Positions 60,483 through 64,000 of a DNA stretch of 64,000 nt are shown one piece after another; within the stretch, counting starts at the first letter, position 1; each line of letters opens with the position of its first letter. The position numbers and the translations under genes were made by a program. The stretch spans positions 116,376,001-116,440,000 of the forward strand of contig NW_024704742.1 in the NCBI RefSeq assembly GCF_018977255.1, given 5' to 3'. The notes beneath the pieces are model-generated. The model saw only the letters and a program-made list of their open reading frames with translations, had not been told where the DNA came from and ran no database searches. Origin of the DNA: Callorhinchus milii (Eukaryota).

Positions 60483-63120
60483 GTCTTATGCATTATTCGA
60501 ACCCCTTCAGTCGGGTTTCCGTGCTGCCCATAGCACAGAAACCACCCTGGTCAAGGTCACCAATGACATCTTGACCATCTGCGACCAGGGGTCCCTCTGC
60601 CTCCTCGTCCTCCTCGACCTATCAACAGCATTTGATAGGGTCAACCACACTATCCTCCTCCACCGCTTGTCCTCCCACCTCAACCTTCAAGGCCCTGTTC
60701 TTGAGTGGTTTAGGTCGTACCTCTCCCATCGTCTTGATTTTGTTTCCACAAACGGCTTTTCCTCCAGCCCCCGCACTGTCTCGTGCGGTGTCGCTCAGGG
60801 CTCTGTCCTCGGTCCCCTCCTCTTCAACAACAACAACAACAACAAGATTTCATTTATAGAGTGCCTTTCACGTAGGGAGGACGTCCCAAGGCGCTGGACA
60901 GTTGAGTCAGGACTCGAGCAGGGGGGAAATAGAAATAGTGAGGGGAGGGAAGGGAGAGAGCAAGGAGGGGATAGAGAGTCGAGAGGGGAGCTGAAGGCAC
61001 GGTCAAAGAGAAAGATCTTGAGACCGACCTTGAAGGAGGAAAGGAGGAAGCAAGGCGAAGGCACTGGGGGGATAGAGTTCCAGAGCCTAGGGGCTGAGAG
61101 GCTGAAGTTAGGGTGGTTGGGGCAGGGGATGTGGAGCAGACCGGAGCCAGAGGAACGGAGGGTATGGGCAGGTAAGTAGGGGATAATAGGTCAGAGAGGT
61201 AGGAGGGAGCAAGGCCGTGAATGGCCTTGTAGGTGAGGATGAAGATCTTGAATTCGATCCTCTGGGGGATGGGGAGCCAGTGGAGGCGAGCGAGGGTGGG
61301 AGTGATGTGGTCGCGAAGCCTGGTGTGGGACAGTACACGAGCTGCAGAGTTCTGAATGACCTGCAGCTTGTGGAGGGAGGTGCCGGGAAGGCCGGCGAGG
61401 AGAGAGTTCCCATAGTCCAGCCTTGAGATGATAAAGGTGTGGACCAGAGTTTCAGCAGCGTGAGGGTTGAGGTAGTGCCGTAGTCTGGCGATATTTCGGA
61501 GGTGATGGAAGGCGGTGCAAGTTGTGGCGCGGATATGAGGAAGAAAGGACAGCTCAGGGTCGAACAGAACACCGAGGTTCCTGACTGGCTTTGAGAGGTG
61601 GAGAGTGCAGCCTTGGATGCTGATGCTGTCAGCGCCTGAGGTGCGGAGCCGCTGACACGAGCCAATCAGGAGGGCCTCAGTTTTACGCATGTTGAGCTGA
61701 AGAAAGTTGTCTTTCGTCCAGGATTCGATGTCGGACAGGCAGGCTGTCAGGACATCGGTGGTCGTGGAGTTGAGGGTAGAGGAGGAAAGGTAGAGTTGGG
61801 TGTCATCCGCATACATGTGGACGTTAACCCCATGTCTGCGGATGATGTCACCAAGAGGGAGCATATAGAGGGTGAAGAGGAGGGGACCGAGGACAGAGCC
61901 CTGAGGGACACCGCACGAGACAGTGCGCAGGATGGAGGAAAAGCCGTTTGTGGAAACAAAATGAAGACGGTGGGAGAGGTAGGACCTAAACCACTCAAGG
62001 ACAGGGCCTTGAAGGTTGAGGTGGGAGGACAAGCGGTGGAGAAGGATAGCGTGGTCGACCGTATCGAATGCTCCCCCTTGGTGACATGGGGTTAACTTCC
62101 ACATGGGGTTAACTTCCACATATATGCGGATGACGCCCAACTCAACCTTACCTCCTCTACCCTCAACTCCACGACCACCCATCAGTCTGCCTGTCTGACA
62201 TCGAGTCCTGGACGAGAGACAACTTTCTTCAGCTCAACGTGCGCAAAACTGAGGCCCTCCTGATTGGCTCACCTCAGCGCCTCCGCACCTCAGGCGCTGA
62301 CAGCATCAGCATCCAAGGCTGCACTCTCCACCTCTCAAAGCCAGTCAGGAACCTCGGGGTTCTGTTCGACCCTGAGCTGTCCTTTCTTCCTCATATCCGC
62401 GCCACAACTGGCACCGCCTTCCATCACCTCCGGAACATCGCCAGACTATGGCACTACCTCACCTCTCACGCTGCTGAAACACTGGTCCACGCCTTTATCA
62501 CCTCAAGGCTGGACTATGGGAACTCTCTCCTCGCCGGCCTTCCCGGCACCTCCCTCCACAAGCTGCAGGTCATTCAGAACTCTGCAGCTCGTGTACTGTC
62601 CCGCACCAGGCTTCGGGACCACATCACTCCCACCCTCGCTCGCCTCCACTGGCTCCCCATCCCCCAGAGGATCGAATTCAAGATCTTCATCCTCACCTAC
62701 AAGGCCATTCACGGCCTCGCTCCCTCCTACCTCTCCGACCTACTATCCCCCTACTTACCTGCCCGTACCCTCCGTTCCTCTGGCTCCAGTCTGCTCCACA
62801 TCCCCCGCCCCAACCACCTTACCATCGGTGGCCGGGCCTTCAGCCTCTCAGTCCCTCGGCTCTGGAACGCCATCCCCCAGTGCCTTCACCTTGCCTCCTC
62901 CCTTTCCTCCTCCAAGGCCGGTCTCAAGACCTTTCTTTTCAACCGTGCCTTCAGCTCCACTCTCAACTGTCTACCCCCTCCTCGCTCCCTCCCTTCCCTC
63001 CCCTCACCCTGACTATTTCCCCCCTGCTCGGGTCCTAACCCAACTGTCCAGCGCCTTGGGACGTCCTCCCTACGTAAAAGGCGCTCTATAAATGGAATCT
63101 TGTTGTCGTTGTTGTTGTTA
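60483..63120 (+). mobile_element. 5'-truncated L2 split into 60483-60826 and 62068-63120
   Basis: First half QSGFRAAHSTET...GPLLF; second half resumes at MLPLGD...YADD and runs to the 3' tail. Confidence 0.92.
60827..62070 (-). mobile_element. Young L2 inserted antisense within a same-family L2
   Basis: AFDTVDH...PQGSVLGP...YADDTQLY through to the tail, which reads (AAC)n on + at 60827-60845. Confidence 0.93.
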
Positions 63121-63139
63121 AAGCATATCGCAGGATTCA

Positions 63140-63460
63140 CTGTAAACTCTGTATTTTTGTAGAAGAATGCGGCAGCCAATTTGTACCATAAACAACCATG
63201 AAGTGAATGACCAATTTTATCTCTGGTGAATTGTAAACCAGGACCCCAGGCAAGGCCTTTCTCCTTTCAAATAGTGTCACAAAATCTGTAGCATCCACCT
63301 AACATCCATGAACTGGCAGACTGGACCTTGGTTTAACATCTCATCTGAAGGATGGCACCTCCAACAACACATTGCATCCAGGCAATGTATCAGACTGAGT
63401 TCAAACATGGAATTTGTTTTTGACTCAGAGGCAAAAGTGCCACCATCAGAGCCAGGCTGA
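63140..63460 (-). mobile_element. Older Deu-type SINE
   Basis: Diverged head and core. Confidence 0.7.
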
Positions 63461-64000
63461 TAGTGGTGTGCTGCTACTGCACGGTTAACTTTCAAAAAGT
63501 TATTAAAGGAGAGGTGTCGCTGTTTATGAAGGGAGGGTGAAGTTAGCCAGAAAAAATAATAAGCTTACACACAAGCAAATTAATGATACTGCATTTCCAC
63601 AATACAATGATTTTTCTCAACACAACTTCCATTACTGATTATCGAATTATGTGTTTGCAAATACAGAGGAAAGCTTTGCCAACCTCAGTAAAACTCCAAT
63701 GTTGCTTTATCTTAGTGCCAGTCAGACAGTTTGCTCTGAGTTAAAATCTCTTAAGCTGCATGCATTTACTACAATATAAATACAAGAACATGTATGCTTT
63801 ATTGAATAATAGATTTTACAAACACCATATGTTATGTCCCAAGAGATTTTGCAGTGGCTTTAGTTTTTGTGTATGATTAATAGAGCTCACTGGCAGATTG
63901 ACTGTGTTAGGTAATTCAGATTAGTAACATATTGTAGGTTTGATGAGAAAATAGGTGTTGAAAATTATTTGGAGAGATGCCAAAATAGTGACATTGACTA

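Noticed and set aside
60854..62182. 442-aa ORF as an intact gene or active RT
   Set aside because: 5'-truncated L2 with no endonuclease domain; the N-terminus is antisense junction sequence and the C-terminus is frameshifted.
62264..63091. Ser/Pro-rich 275-aa ORF (and 61108..61665)
   Set aside because: Alternative frame of C-rich L2 ORF2.
1..64000. CRISPR array, rRNA or prokaryotic defence system
   Set aside because: No regularly spaced repeats or operon-like ORF density; the sequence is vertebrate repeat-rich DNA.

Overview
Repeat-dense, AT-rich vertebrate genomic DNA. The repeat set (L2 and CR1 LINE fragments, tRNA-headed SINEs with L2-type 3' ends, Deu-domain SINEs, LF-SINE-like and Penelope-like relics) points to a cartilaginous fish, possibly a chimaera such as Callorhinchus; this is an inference. 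No intact protein-coding gene is visible. All long ORFs in the track are LINE reverse-transcriptase pieces or SINE/LINE read-through. The main hidden structure is a heavily decayed multi-exon gene on the minus strand spanning about 330-53,300. About 20 non-repeat blocks, many with canonical splice sites, translate into periodic Trp-containing helical repeats of the SFI1/centrin-binding type (e.g. EHCVLCKFIHVWQEKH, KKWNAWRKLT, SCFAAWR, LRKVWEQWE). They carry many stops and frameshifts, and retroposons are inserted inside the exons. It is best read as a unitary pseudogene, tentatively C1orf167-like. Other notable items: an L2 inserted antisense into a same-family L2, giving a ~1 kb inverted repeat; fossil minimal hammerhead ribozymes in Penelope-like ends; a SINE/LINE pair with a compensated 3' stem-loop; head-swapped SINE families; and an unclassified, possibly MITE-like repeat. 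Translations were done by eye, repeat boundaries are approximate, and family names come from recall rather than a search.
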